Positions 10,407 to 18,891 of a stretch of DNA of 64,000 bases are shown here, piece by piece. Both the position numbers and the translations under genes were made by a program. The first letter of the stretch is position 1. Every line of letters starts with the position of its first letter. Under the pieces are notes generated by a model. It ran no database searches. It was not told the DNA's origin and worked only from the letters and a program-made list of their open reading frames with translations. This stretch comes from a virus. The stretch spans positions 32,001-96,000 of the IMG/VR virus record IMGVR_UViG_3300043449_002191. One strand, written 5' to 3'.

Positions 10407-13400
10407 ATGGCAAATACACCTGATTTACGTTCACAAGAACAGATTACGGCTCAAATTGTAGACTCATTCTTAGCTCGTTTAGGAAAAGACATTGATCTTA
10501 ACAAAGGTTCAGTCATTTCTCAATTAATCGAAGCTTTTGGTCGTAATATGTTTACATCTACTGCAGATATTATCATGATGATTGATGCATTGTCTGTAGA
10601 TAGAGCTGAAGGTGAATCACTCCAAAGATTAGCAAGAGATAAGAATGTACCAATCTTACCAGCTTTATCTTCTACTGGAAAAGTAACAGTAACTGATACT
10701 TCTTTCCAGAAAATCTCTAGTAGCGTATATGCTGGTCAACCAGCTCCAGTTGCAGGCAGCTTAAAGATCTATGTTTCAGATGCTTCTAAAATGCCAGATG
10801 CTGGTTCTATTTACTTAGGTCGTGGAACTAAAAACATTGAAGGTCCACTCGAATACACATCTAAGACTTCTGAAGCAAGCGGTGCATACTGGTCATTAAC
10901 TTTAGCTCCAACTTCCCCAACCACAAAGTTCCATAACATTGGTGAGCTAGTTATTTTAGCTCAAGGTGGTAACAGGGAAATTGCAATCGGTACAACTGTA
11001 CAAACTCCACAAGGTTCTGCTGCATCGGCTGTTGTTTTTACTACTACTTCAAAAGCTGTTATATTAGATGGTGAAACTACAGTCACCAACATCCCAGTCA
11101 AGTGTAAACAGCTTGGCTCAGTTGGTAACGTACCTAAAGGCGCAATTAAAGACGTAGTTGGTCTACCTTTCGAAGCATCTGTTACTAACGACTTTGCCTT
11201 TTCTAATGGTAGAGAAGCTGATACAGATGATGACATCAGAACACGTATTAAATTATATGAACAAGCTAAAGCAAAAGGTACTGAACTTGCTATTCAATAT
11301 GCAACTATCGGTGCATTTGCTAAAGACGAACTTAAAAAAGTTAAATCATCCTCGATAGTTCGTTATACTGATAACTCTACTGCCATTGTTTTTGATGATG
11401 GTAGCGGATATGAGCCTAATTATCAAGGTTCTACTTACGAAGTTATTATTGATTCCGCAGTAGGCGGAGAACGTGAAGTCCAGTTAAGACAAAAGCCATT
11501 AGCTCAGGCTAGAACTAAGTCTATCAATGCTGGACCTTATCCGATGACTGAAGGTTCATACATTGCCTGCGTCATTAATAATGTATACTCTGAGCATTTG
11601 TTTCAATTATCAGATTTCAAAGTCCCAAGCTCAGCTACAGTTGAAGAGATTGCTGCATCTATTAATGGTGACGTTAATTGTAACTTTCTCTGTTCTACAG
11701 CAGAAAACAGAACCAAGCTAGTTCTTTACCCTAAAGACAGAGATGCCAATAATATTAAAGTTGTTGTGCCATCTGACAGTAAACCAAATGCAAATGAAGT
11801 CTTAGGATTCTCAGCTGCAGAAGAAGTTACTATTAGACTATATATCAATGATGTGCCATTATTTCAAGATGGTCTATACGCTAAAGTTACTACTTTACCT
11901 AAGTCTGAGTGGGGAGTTATCATTGAAGGCGAAACACTTTCATACATTGTTGATGGAACTACTGAAGTTTCTGTTACATTTATGGATTCGCATTTCCAAG
12001 CAGTAGACTCAAATGCTACGGCAAGTTCTTTGACTGATATTGAAACATGGGCTCAAGTTATGACTAACTTGATGCCTGGGGTTACTGCAAACGTGGTAGG
12101 GGATAAGATTGACCTTATTTCCAACAAAGCCAATGATGATTCTGCGGCTATTGAAATCACAGGCGGAACTCTTAGGAATCTTGTGTTCTCAGTAGATGAA
12201 ACACTATACCAAACTGGTAGAACTCCTGACTTCACATTAAATAAACAAACTGGCCAAATTGCTTTCAAGAATCCCTTGTCAACAAAAGATAAGCTTACTG
12301 CAGGTTCACAGTTCACTAGAGCAAACGTATTTACTTCATCGCTTCCAGTAGGTGCTGGTTCTGATGGAAGATTCTGGGCAGTAATTGATGGCGATGCTAA
12401 ATCTATCAATAACACTTTAAAGCCCACTACTCAGTTAACCTTTGGAAAAATTGGCACTAAACTTACACTTACAGCCACTACACCTGGCCTTGATCCAGAA
12501 GGTTTTGATGATGTGCAAAAAGGCGACTGGCTACTTGTTTGGGCCAATTCTACTGATAACTCAGCCCTTATTGCTAACCAAGGTTTTTGGCGAGTAGAGT
12601 CTACTCAAGTTGGCGAGATCATTGTTGATGATGGCATCACACCTAGATCATCTTTGCTTACTTCTTTCAATTCTATTTCTAGCCGCATTGTTATTGTTAG
12701 ATCTACTGCACCTATGCAGAAAGTGACATATACTTCAGGCATGACTTTACCACAACTTAGAGCCCATATTGAAGATACTTTAATTGGGTCTGAAGTTGAT
12801 ATCGTAGGGTCTAAGCTTAGAATTAGCACTAAATCATATGACTCAAACGGCGAAGTGTTTATTGTTGCTGCAGATCTTGGTGGAGAAGCTTTAGGTCTAA
12901 CTCTTTCAACAGCATATAAAAACGTAACTTCGCATTATGCTTATATCACTCAATCTGCCGAAGCTAACGTAAATACATTTACCCATGGCGCATTTGGTCC
13001 AGCTATTTCTTATACTGAATTTAAAGATCTTAATTATGAGAATATTGGCGGAACTGCTGATGACATTATAACTATCCTACCTAAGCATGATTTAGCAAAC
13101 GATACCTTTTTACCTGAAACTAATGAAAAACGTAGAGCATTTGTTACAAGTTTTGAGAAACAATCTCTTACAGACTATCGTCTAAGCTTAAAGGTTCCTA
13201 ACTTTCTAAACAGTGAAGGAAGCGTAATCCAAGAGGACGACAGGTATTATCTAAGATCTGCATATAAATTTGATTCAAGGGACAATACAACTATAGTAAT
13301 TGACGGAGACAATGTAACTAAAGCTTACTCCTTACCAGTTTCTAGAAAGTTATATGTATCTGACCACTCAACTCCTACACCTAATGACTTCAGTGCCGCT

Positions 13401-16400
13401 GACCTAGAATCCAGTCTAGACCTTAATGATCAAGCTTCATTTTATGATTTTGATTTCTCTAACTTTAAAGTTCATAGACAAGCTTCTCAGATTTTAACTG
13501 ACGGTACATACTCTATTAAGTTTAAATCAGCTGAGTTTGGACCTGTTGGTAACTCGATGAGAGTTGGATTCGTCTATCCATCATCTACAGCACAGCAAGA
13601 ACTTTCCCACTCATTCAGCGTAAGTGATGCGATTGATACCTCGATTGTTTTGCCTGTTACCGAAGATAAAACAGCTACATGGGATTCAACCAGTTCTTTC
13701 ACTGTAGAAGTATTATCCACTTCAGGTGGTAAAGATGCTGTTAAATTTACATGGAGAGCAGGCACCGAGCCAGACTTTTCTTCAACAGGAACAGCTGCAC
13801 AAGAAGGCGATATTCTTATTATTACAGACCTTGCCAACTTTTTAGAAGCCAATAAAGGTATCACCGCTAAGATTACTGAAGTTAATCCTACGTCATTAAC
13901 TATTGAAATGCCTACAGGAAAAGCCCAGACTGATAATATGTCTGCTTCAAGTATGGTAAACTATAATGGCAAAATCACTATTACTTTCGCATCTGCCCAT
14001 AATATAATAGATGGCCAAAGAGTAGGACTTTGGAACACTTCTTCGCCAAACGGTGCTACATTTCCATTTAATCAAAGCTATGTAGCTAAAGTTTTAAACG
14101 CTACACAAATTGAACTTCAGACTCCATTGTCAACTCCAGGTGGTTCAATTGCAACTATTTCTAGAACTAGCAATATTGTTACAGTTAAAACAAACCAAGA
14201 TCATGGTCTAGCTGCTGGCAATATTATTAATATCAGCGGATTAAGCGATAACTCATTAAATGGAACTGTATCTGTATTTTCAGTTTCAATTACCGACCCA
14301 CAGGTATTCAAGTATATCAAATCTGGCTCTAATACAGCTTTCACTAACACTGGACGCTTTGATTATCAGTCTTATGTAGACGGAACTACTTCTGCAGTTA
14401 TCAGTACAGTATCTAAGTCTGGAACTACAGTCACAGCAACTACCGCAGCAAATCATGGCTTTCAAATCGGTGATTTAGTTAAAATTCAGAATATCACTAT
14501 TGGTGCATGGAACAATGCAACGTCTTATGCTATTGATGATGTCGTGTCTACAGCTGGAAATAATTATATAGCTAGGGCCGCAAATACAAACTCTGACCCA
14601 TTATCAAATCCAGCAATCTGGGATATTACAACAATAGACCTAACTGGTACATTTATTGTTGAAACTACTCCAGCATTAAATCAATTTACATATTTCTATG
14701 GATATAGTGGAGCCGCAACTGGTACAGGAGGCTCGGCTACTGAACAAGTATCTTCTGCTTCTGTGGCTAGATCATTAGGCGCTGCAGTTACTTCTAATAT
14801 GCAAATTGGTGCAGTAGGAACTACGGTTCAAGAAGTTATTGATTATTGTGCATCTAATATCAGTGATAAGCTTTTGGCAGAACTTGGTTCAGGGTCTGCT
14901 TTAGCTACAATCAGTGAGTCTACTGCAGATACCTTGGGACTTGCTAGTGACTATATTTCTACTACTATTTCAAAGATTAAAACTGTCCAAAATAGCCGTA
15001 AAGCAAGTTTTGTTACAGCAGATCTTATCCTAAAAGGTTCGTCTATCACAGTGACTGGTCTAGCTACTTCAAGCTACAACAATACTTATACTGTACTAGA
15101 TTCGTATATTGATCCATTGACTTCTGAAAAAATTGCAGTAGTTCAAACAACTGTTACTGGAGCATTAACTCAAACTATTACTGATGTAGGCTCTGTAGGT
15201 GGAACGACTCCGATGCTGATGCTTGAGGATGGTGAGAATTCAATCGAATCTAATAATCTCACTACTTTATCCGGCATCCCAATGTTTTACGTTAAAACTC
15301 CTTGGAAGTCTGCTCCTACTATTAGTGATGAAATTAGGCTTGTAGCTAAAACTAATGACCATATCAATAGACTTTGGAACAAGCTTATTGTAACTGGATT
15401 AAGCAATATCGCTAAAGTTGATCAGTCTAAGTATGATGAAAGCTTACAGCTAACCACTAAACTTTTTGGTGGTGCAGGTAGCATTGAAATGGTTGGCGGT
15501 ACAGCAAACACTTTGAATCTGGCTCTTTCATCTGCAGGTAAAGAGTATAATGGCAAATTCGGTCAAATCCAAGTTCCTTACGAGATCCGCAGAGGTCTAG
15601 TCAATGGCCAATGGATTAATATCAATAATACCGTTAAAAATAATAAGAGTCTTGGTCTTAGCACAAATACGGCTATTACATTGACTGGCTCTACCGCTGC
15701 TATCGCATCAGGCACTGGCACTTTCCAAACTATTAGAGCTTCTACTCACACTGCTGCAACTAAAGTTAAGTTTGAAAAGCAAGGCGACTTTGTTGCTATC
15801 ATTGCAGTCGATGGACCTACTTTTGGTTTTAGCTCTGCTGGCATCAAAGAGGGTGACTGGCTCAGAATTGATAATGAGGCTGGTTTAAATACTTCAGGAG
15901 ATTCTACTGGACTTTGGTCTTCCAGCACTACTTATCCATTAAGCGCAAGAATTAAGTACAACAATACTTATTACATCAGCCTTCAGAATGGTAACCTTAA
16001 TAAAAATCCTGCAGCATTTCCTGCTTATTGGGAAGTCAATGAAGTCAGCGCTAATAATGAGGGTATCTTCCAAGTCGTAAGAGTTTTTGGTGATGACACT
16101 GTATATATTCAGATAAGCAATCCTGTTGAAGAAATAGTTGAGCTTGGCCACGTAGATGCATTGACTTTTTACAGCTATGACTCTGTAATGCCTGGAGATA
16201 AACTGATCATAAGTACTAATGCTTTTGGTGTACAAAATACTGGCACTTATACTGTAGCGGATTTTAATATCCAATCAAGCAACTTGACTTCAACCGTAAT
16301 TACCTTGGACGATGTTGTCCCTAATCCTCCTACAGGTTCAGTTGGGTTAGCTGGAGACTTTGGTCAATTCAACGTGGAGGCTAAGAGCTTTGTTTCCTTG

Positions 16401-16979
16401 TGGAAGCGTATCGCAGCTATGGGGCCATCGCTTAACAATGAGCTTATTATTTTACTTGATAGCCCTGAGTTAACTGATCGTGTTGGTGAAAACTTCGGTT
16501 CATACTTGTCAGGTAAGTCTAAGCTTGAGTTCCCTGAGTCTATCGCAGTTGGTGTTGACGCTTATAACTACTACAAAGGTCTAATCAAAGAATTGAATAA
16601 AATCATTTACGGAGATTCTACCGATTCAGTCAACTATCCAGGCGTTCGTGCTGCAGGAACTTACATCGACATCAAGCAAGCAATCTTGAAGCGTATCAAA
16701 GTATCCTTCTCAGTAAGACTTAAAACTGGTATCCCATTTGTGGAAGTCCGTGAGCGTATTAAAGCAGCCGTTGCAGGATATGTAAATAACTTAGACGTTG
16801 GTGAATCTGTATCTATTTCTAGAATGATTTCAGCAGCTAATACAGTTGTAGGCGTTATCGCAGTTGCCGTAACTTACCCTACTTACGATGCATCAAATGA
16901 TTTGATCACTGTATCACCGGACGAAAGAGCGTATATTCTTGATACAACGTCCGACATTACCGTATCTGTTATCGAATAA
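10407..16979 (+). CDS. giant baseplate J/gp6-like wedge protein with inserted adhesin-like domains
   Basis: Baseplate-J-type N-terminus (GSVISQLIEA, AEGESLQRLA, GSVGNVPKGAI, NGREADTDDDIRTRI) and C-terminus (YVNNLDVGESVSISRMI); the long beta-rich middle has HG.-type repeats and two CBM5/12-like motifs. Confidence 0.8.
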   Translation: MANTPDLRSQEQITAQIVDSFLARLGKDIDLNKGSVISQLIEAFGRNMFTSTADIIMMIDALSVDRAEGESLQRLARDKNVPILPALSSTGKVTVTDTSFQKISSSVYAGQPAPVAGSLKIYVSDASKMPDAGSIYLGRGTKNIEGPLEYTSKTSEASGAYWSLTLAPTSPTTKFHNIGELVILAQGGNREIAIGTTVQTPQGSAASAVVFTTTSKAVILDGETTVTNIPVKCKQLGSVGNVPKGAIKDVVGLPFEASVTNDFAFSNGREADTDDDIRTRIKLYEQAKAKGTELAIQYATIGAFAKDELKKVKSSSIVRYTDNSTAIVFDDGSGYEPNYQGSTYEVIIDSAVGGEREVQLRQKPLAQARTKSINAGPYPMTEGSYIACVINNVYSEHLFQLSDFKVPSSATVEEIAASINGDVNCNFLCSTAENRTKLVLYPKDRDANNIKVVVPSDSKPNANEVLGFSAAEEVTIRLYINDVPLFQDGLYAKVTTLPKSEWGVIIEGETLSYIVDGTTEVSVTFMDSHFQAVDSNATASSLTDIETWAQVMTNLMPGVTANVVGDKIDLISNKANDDSAAIEITGGTLRNLVFSVDETLYQTGRTPDFTLNKQTGQIAFKNPLSTKDKLTAGSQFTRANVFTSSLPVGAGSDGRFWAVIDGDAKSINNTLKPTTQLTFGKIGTKLTLTATTPGLDPEGFDDVQKGDWLLVWANSTDNSALIANQGFWRVESTQVGEIIVDDGITPRSSLLTSFNSISSRIVIVRSTAPMQKVTYTSGMTLPQLRAHIEDTLIGSEVDIVGSKLRISTKSYDSNGEVFIVAADLGGEALGLTLSTAYKNVTSHYAYITQSAEANVNTFTHGAFGPAISYTEFKDLNYENIGGTADDIITILPKHDLANDTFLPETNEKRRAFVTSFEKQSLTDYRLSLKVPNFLNSEGSVIQEDDRYYLRSAYKFDSRDNTTIVIDGDNVTKAYSLPVSRKLYVSDHSTPTPNDFSAADLESSLDLNDQASFYDFDFSNFKVHRQASQILTDGTYSIKFKSAEFGPVGNSMRVGFVYPSSTAQQELSHSFSVSDAIDTSIVLPVTEDKTATWDSTSSFTVEVLSTSGGKDAVKFTWRAGTEPDFSSTGTAAQEGDILIITDLANFLEANKGITAKITEVNPTSLTIEMPTGKAQTDNMSASSMVNYNGKITITFASAHNIIDGQRVGLWNTSSPNGATFPFNQSYVAKVLNATQIELQTPLSTPGGSIATISRTSNIVTVKTNQDHGLAAGNIINISGLSDNSLNGTVSVFSVSITDPQVFKYIKSGSNTAFTNTGRFDYQSYVDGTTSAVISTVSKSGTTVTATTAANHGFQIGDLVKIQNITIGAWNNATSYAIDDVVSTAGNNYIARAANTNSDPLSNPAIWDITTIDLTGTFIVETTPALNQFTYFYGYSGAATGTGGSATEQVSSASVARSLGAAVTSNMQIGAVGTTVQEVIDYCASNISDKLLAELGSGSALATISESTADTLGLASDYISTTISKIKTVQNSRKASFVTADLILKGSSITVTGLATSSYNNTYTVLDSYIDPLTSEKIAVVQTTVTGALTQTITDVGSVGGTTPMLMLEDGENSIESNNLTTLSGIPMFYVKTPWKSAPTISDEIRLVAKTNDHINRLWNKLIVTGLSNIAKVDQSKYDESLQLTTKLFGGAGSIEMVGGTANTLNLALSSAGKEYNGKFGQIQVPYEIRRGLVNGQWININNTVKNNKSLGLSTNTAITLTGSTAAIASGTGTFQTIRASTHTAATKVKFEKQGDFVAIIAVDGPTFGFSSAGIKEGDWLRIDNEAGLNTSGDSTGLWSSSTTYPLSARIKYNNTYYISLQNGNLNKNPAAFPAYWEVNEVSANNEGIFQVVRVFGDDTVYIQISNPVEEIVELGHVDALTFYSYDSVMPGDKLIISTNAFGVQNTGTYTVADFNIQSSNLTSTVITLDDVVPNPPTGSVGLAGDFGQFNVEAKSFVSLWKRIAAMGPSLNNELIILLDSPELTDRVGENFGSYLSGKSKLEFPESIAVGVDAYNYYKGLIKELNKIIYGDSTDSVNYPGVRAAGTYIDIKQAILKRIKVSFSVRLKTGIPFVEVRERIKAAVAGYVNNLDVGESVSISRMISAANTVVGVIAVAVTYPTYDASNDLITVSPDERAYILDTTSDITVSVIE

Positions 16980-17058
16980 AGCGGAGTGGACTGGAAGTAG
17001 TGCCAGCTCAGGCTCATAACCTGAATTCATGGAGGTGCAAGTCCTCCCTCCGCAACCA
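16980..17058 (+). tRNA. tRNA-Met (CAT), initiator-like
   Basis: Cloverleaf: acceptor (A)GCGGAG/CTCCGC(A) with a 1:72 mismatch, D-stem CTGG/CCAG, anticodon arm TCAGG-CTCATAA-CCTGA, T-arm GGAGG-TGCAAGT-CCTCC, encoded ACCA. Confidence 0.92.
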
Positions 17059-17069
17059 ATTTATGGCCT

Positions 17070-17228
17070 TTACCCTCGTAGACCTGAAATGTAAGAAATT
17101 GATACATTATCATAGCCTAATTTTTTTAATTCTTTTCTGATTTTACTTACAGACCAAGTATTTGTTGCAAAAAACTTTACTGAAACGGGGGAATACTTTT
17201 TTGAATAAAACTCTACATAAAAATTCAT
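17070..17228 (-). CDS. small hypothetical protein (52 aa)
   Basis: Below the ORF-track cutoff: MNFYVEFYSKKYSPVSVKFF...ISGLRG, with an AGGAGG RBS and its own sigma70-like promoter. Confidence 0.65.
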   Translation of the reverse strand: MNFYVEFYSKKYSPVSVKFFATNTWSVSKIRKELKKLGYDNVSISYISGLRG

Positions 17229-17248
17229 AAAAGCCTCCTGATATATAA

Positions 17249-17277
17249 ATCTTACTAAATAATGCTGTATAAGTCAA
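17249..17277 (-). promoter_or_regulatory. sigma70-like early promoter
   Basis: TTGACT-17 nt-TAAGAT on the - strand. Confidence 0.6.
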
Positions 17278-17295
17278 TAGTCTAGGTTAATTTTG

Positions 17296-17304
17296 TGCTA
17301 TAAT
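17296..17304 (+). promoter_or_regulatory. extended -10 promoter for the ncRNA cluster
   Basis: TGcTATAAT; the predicted TSS at ~17310-17311 coincides with the first RNA hairpin. Confidence 0.6.
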
Positions 17305-17309
17305 ACTTC

Positions 17310-17385
17310 TATCAGGATGATACTTGACTTAGGATGAGTCCCCAGGGAAGAGTGTTCTCCAAGCTTATGGAAGAGCTTATTTTTG
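17310..17385 (+). ncRNA. candidate GGA-hairpin small RNA (CsrA/RsmA-sponge-like)
   Basis: TATCA-GGA-TGATA, GACTTA-GGA-TGAGTC, CAGGGA and AAGCTT-ATGGAA-GAGCTT, followed by a T-tract. Confidence 0.5.
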
Positions 17386-17397
17386 TTTGTATTATTT

Positions 17398-17637
17398 TGA
17401 GACCAAGGCGTGAAGTCGCTGTGGACGTAAAGATCGGTATAGCCATTAAAATTCGTGACAGGCACAATACCCCACTGGGACACGCAGAGAGAAGACAATA
17501 CTCGGAGCCGAATGCGAGGGTAATCGGTGGTGCCTCTTTCGTAAGGTTAACTTTTGCGTCCGGTGCGTAATAGCATAGGATAGCAGCCACTTGAACCTCA
17601 GTACGCTCATAGCCGTGGTAGCGTACGGCTGGTCTCG
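17398..17637 (+). ncRNA. tRNA-shaped structured ncRNA, copy 1 of 3 (family not recognised)
   Basis: Terminal stem TGAGACCA/TGGTCTCG; motifs GGCGTG..GCTGTGGA and CCACTGGGACACGCA; T-arm-like GCCGT-GGTAGCGT-ACGGC. Confidence 0.75.
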
Positions 17638-17653
17638 CTTTGTTTATTTTATA

Positions 17654-17856
17654 TGTGGTAGCGGCATGGAGAGCTGTGGACGATAGTGAAGTTGAAATAT
17701 GACCCAAACGAAATCCACTGGAGACACGCATGGAGAATACGGAAGCAGCGATTTACACTAACAGTGCAGGTATCTGAGGTGTATTTTTAGCGGAAGCAGA
17801 CCGACAGTCCGTAGGGGATACGACTATGGAGCCAGAGTAGCGACTGGCCTACCACG
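17654..17856 (+). ncRNA. tRNA-shaped structured ncRNA, copy 2 of 3
   Basis: Terminal stem TGTGGTAG/CTACCACG; GGCATGGAGAGCTGTGGA and CCACTGGAGACACGCA; GCCAG-AGTAGCGA-CTGGC. Confidence 0.75.
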
Positions 17857-17873
17857 CTTTTTTAGGAGGATTT

Positions 17874-18179
17874 ATGACTGAACGAGAATATGAAATTGTA
17901 GAAGAAACCGTTGTCCATTTTGAAGAAGAAGGCGGTTGGGCTATAGCTGTCACAAAACAAGAAGCGATTGTTCTCTATAAATACCTTAAAACTTACCTTA
18001 AGTTCACTGAAACAAATAAGCACAAAGGCCGACCAGTCCTAATCAGTAAGAAGAAAAACGCCGTATTACCTAAAAAAGTTGGCGTTAAAGTCTATAATTG
18101 CTTATATAATGATTATAAAGACCTTGCTGATAGCACCTATGTTAAATTAAATGGATTTATTAGTGAATGGGAAAACTAA
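17874..18179 (+). CDS. hypothetical protein
   Basis: 101 aa; AGGAGG RBS directly after ncRNA copy 2. Confidence 0.75.
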   Translation: MTEREYEIVEETVVHFEEEGGWAIAVTKQEAIVLYKYLKTYLKFTETNKHKGRPVLISKKKNAVLPKKVGVKVYNCLYNDYKDLADSTYVKLNGFISEWEN

Positions 18180-18321
18180 TAGTAGGACTTTTATTGTTAC
18201 ACTGGTTAATTATTGTGTTTAAATGGAGCCCATTTGAATACTGCTCTGCTATAAATCCCGACAACATGAACGCAGCAGTAAGCTGCATGGAAAGCCCATT
18301 CTGGCTTTGGAGGAGGTACTA

Positions 18322-18633
18322 ATGAAAATCGTTATTGGAGATTTTATTAAACATAAAAGCTTTATGGACGTTTGTCTAGAAGTTAAAAAAGTATATGATT
18401 ATGGCCATGGAATCGAAGTGTCAGGCATTTGGTGGAATTTAGCTTATGTTAACAGCTTTTGTATTAATGAAAGGCAAAAAATTAATATAGCTAAAACAAA
18501 AGAAAGCATTAAACCAGAGAGCCAAAGGACCACAGACTTAAGCGAATGGGAAGTTTTGAGCAAAGAATGCCGTACAGACAATTGCTTTAGATACTCTTCT
18601 TGGTTCCCAATTAAAAGTGAGCCACTATTATAG
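18322..18633 (+). CDS. hypothetical protein
   Basis: GGAGGAGG RBS before the ATG at 18322 (MKIVIGDF...). Confidence 0.7.
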   Translation: MKIVIGDFIKHKSFMDVCLEVKKVYDYGHGIEVSGIWWNLAYVNSFCINERQKINIAKTKESIKPESQRTTDLSEWEVLSKECRTDNCFRYSSWFPIKSEPLL

Positions 18634-18671
18634 TAGCCTAAAAATGACAAAAACCTTCACATTGGACTAAT

Positions 18672-18848
18672 ATGTTACCTCAAAAAAGAAATACTCAAGC
18701 CCCAGCTGCTAAAATAAAAGAAGTGTACATTTTAGAAGACTATGATTTTACTCCTGAAAACTCTACCAAAACAGTAGAAGATGATTCTTGGGTAGGGTTT
18801 GAGGTCATTCCTTTCCTGAAAGAATTGGCCAAAAATACAGAGAAATAA
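18672..18848 (+). CDS. small hypothetical protein (58 aa)
   Basis: Manual ORF MLPQKRNTQAPAAKIKEVYILEDY... that fills the gap; weak RBS. Confidence 0.4.
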   Translation: MLPQKRNTQAPAAKIKEVYILEDYDFTPENSTKTVEDDSWVGFEVIPFLKELAKNTEK

Positions 18849-18851
18849 GAG

Positions 18852-18862
18852 CCTAATCTTAT
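18852..18862 (+). promoter_or_regulatory. putative late promoter CCTAATCTTAT
   Basis: Exact copy where the structural genes resume after the RNA island. Confidence 0.7.
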
Positions 18863-18891
18863 TAATATCTAAAATATTCCCATAGGTATCA

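Noticed and set aside
17298-17731. ORFs 17298-17498(-), 17312-17731(-) and 17334-17570(+) over the RNA island
   Set aside because: No convincing RBS and atypical composition; the covarying RNA stems explain the sequence better.
17398-17856. tmRNA, intron-containing tRNA or RNase P identity for the ncRNAs
   Set aside because: No alanine-type acceptor with CCA, no TTC T-loop, no anticodon arm, no tag ORF and no RNase P P4 consensus seen.
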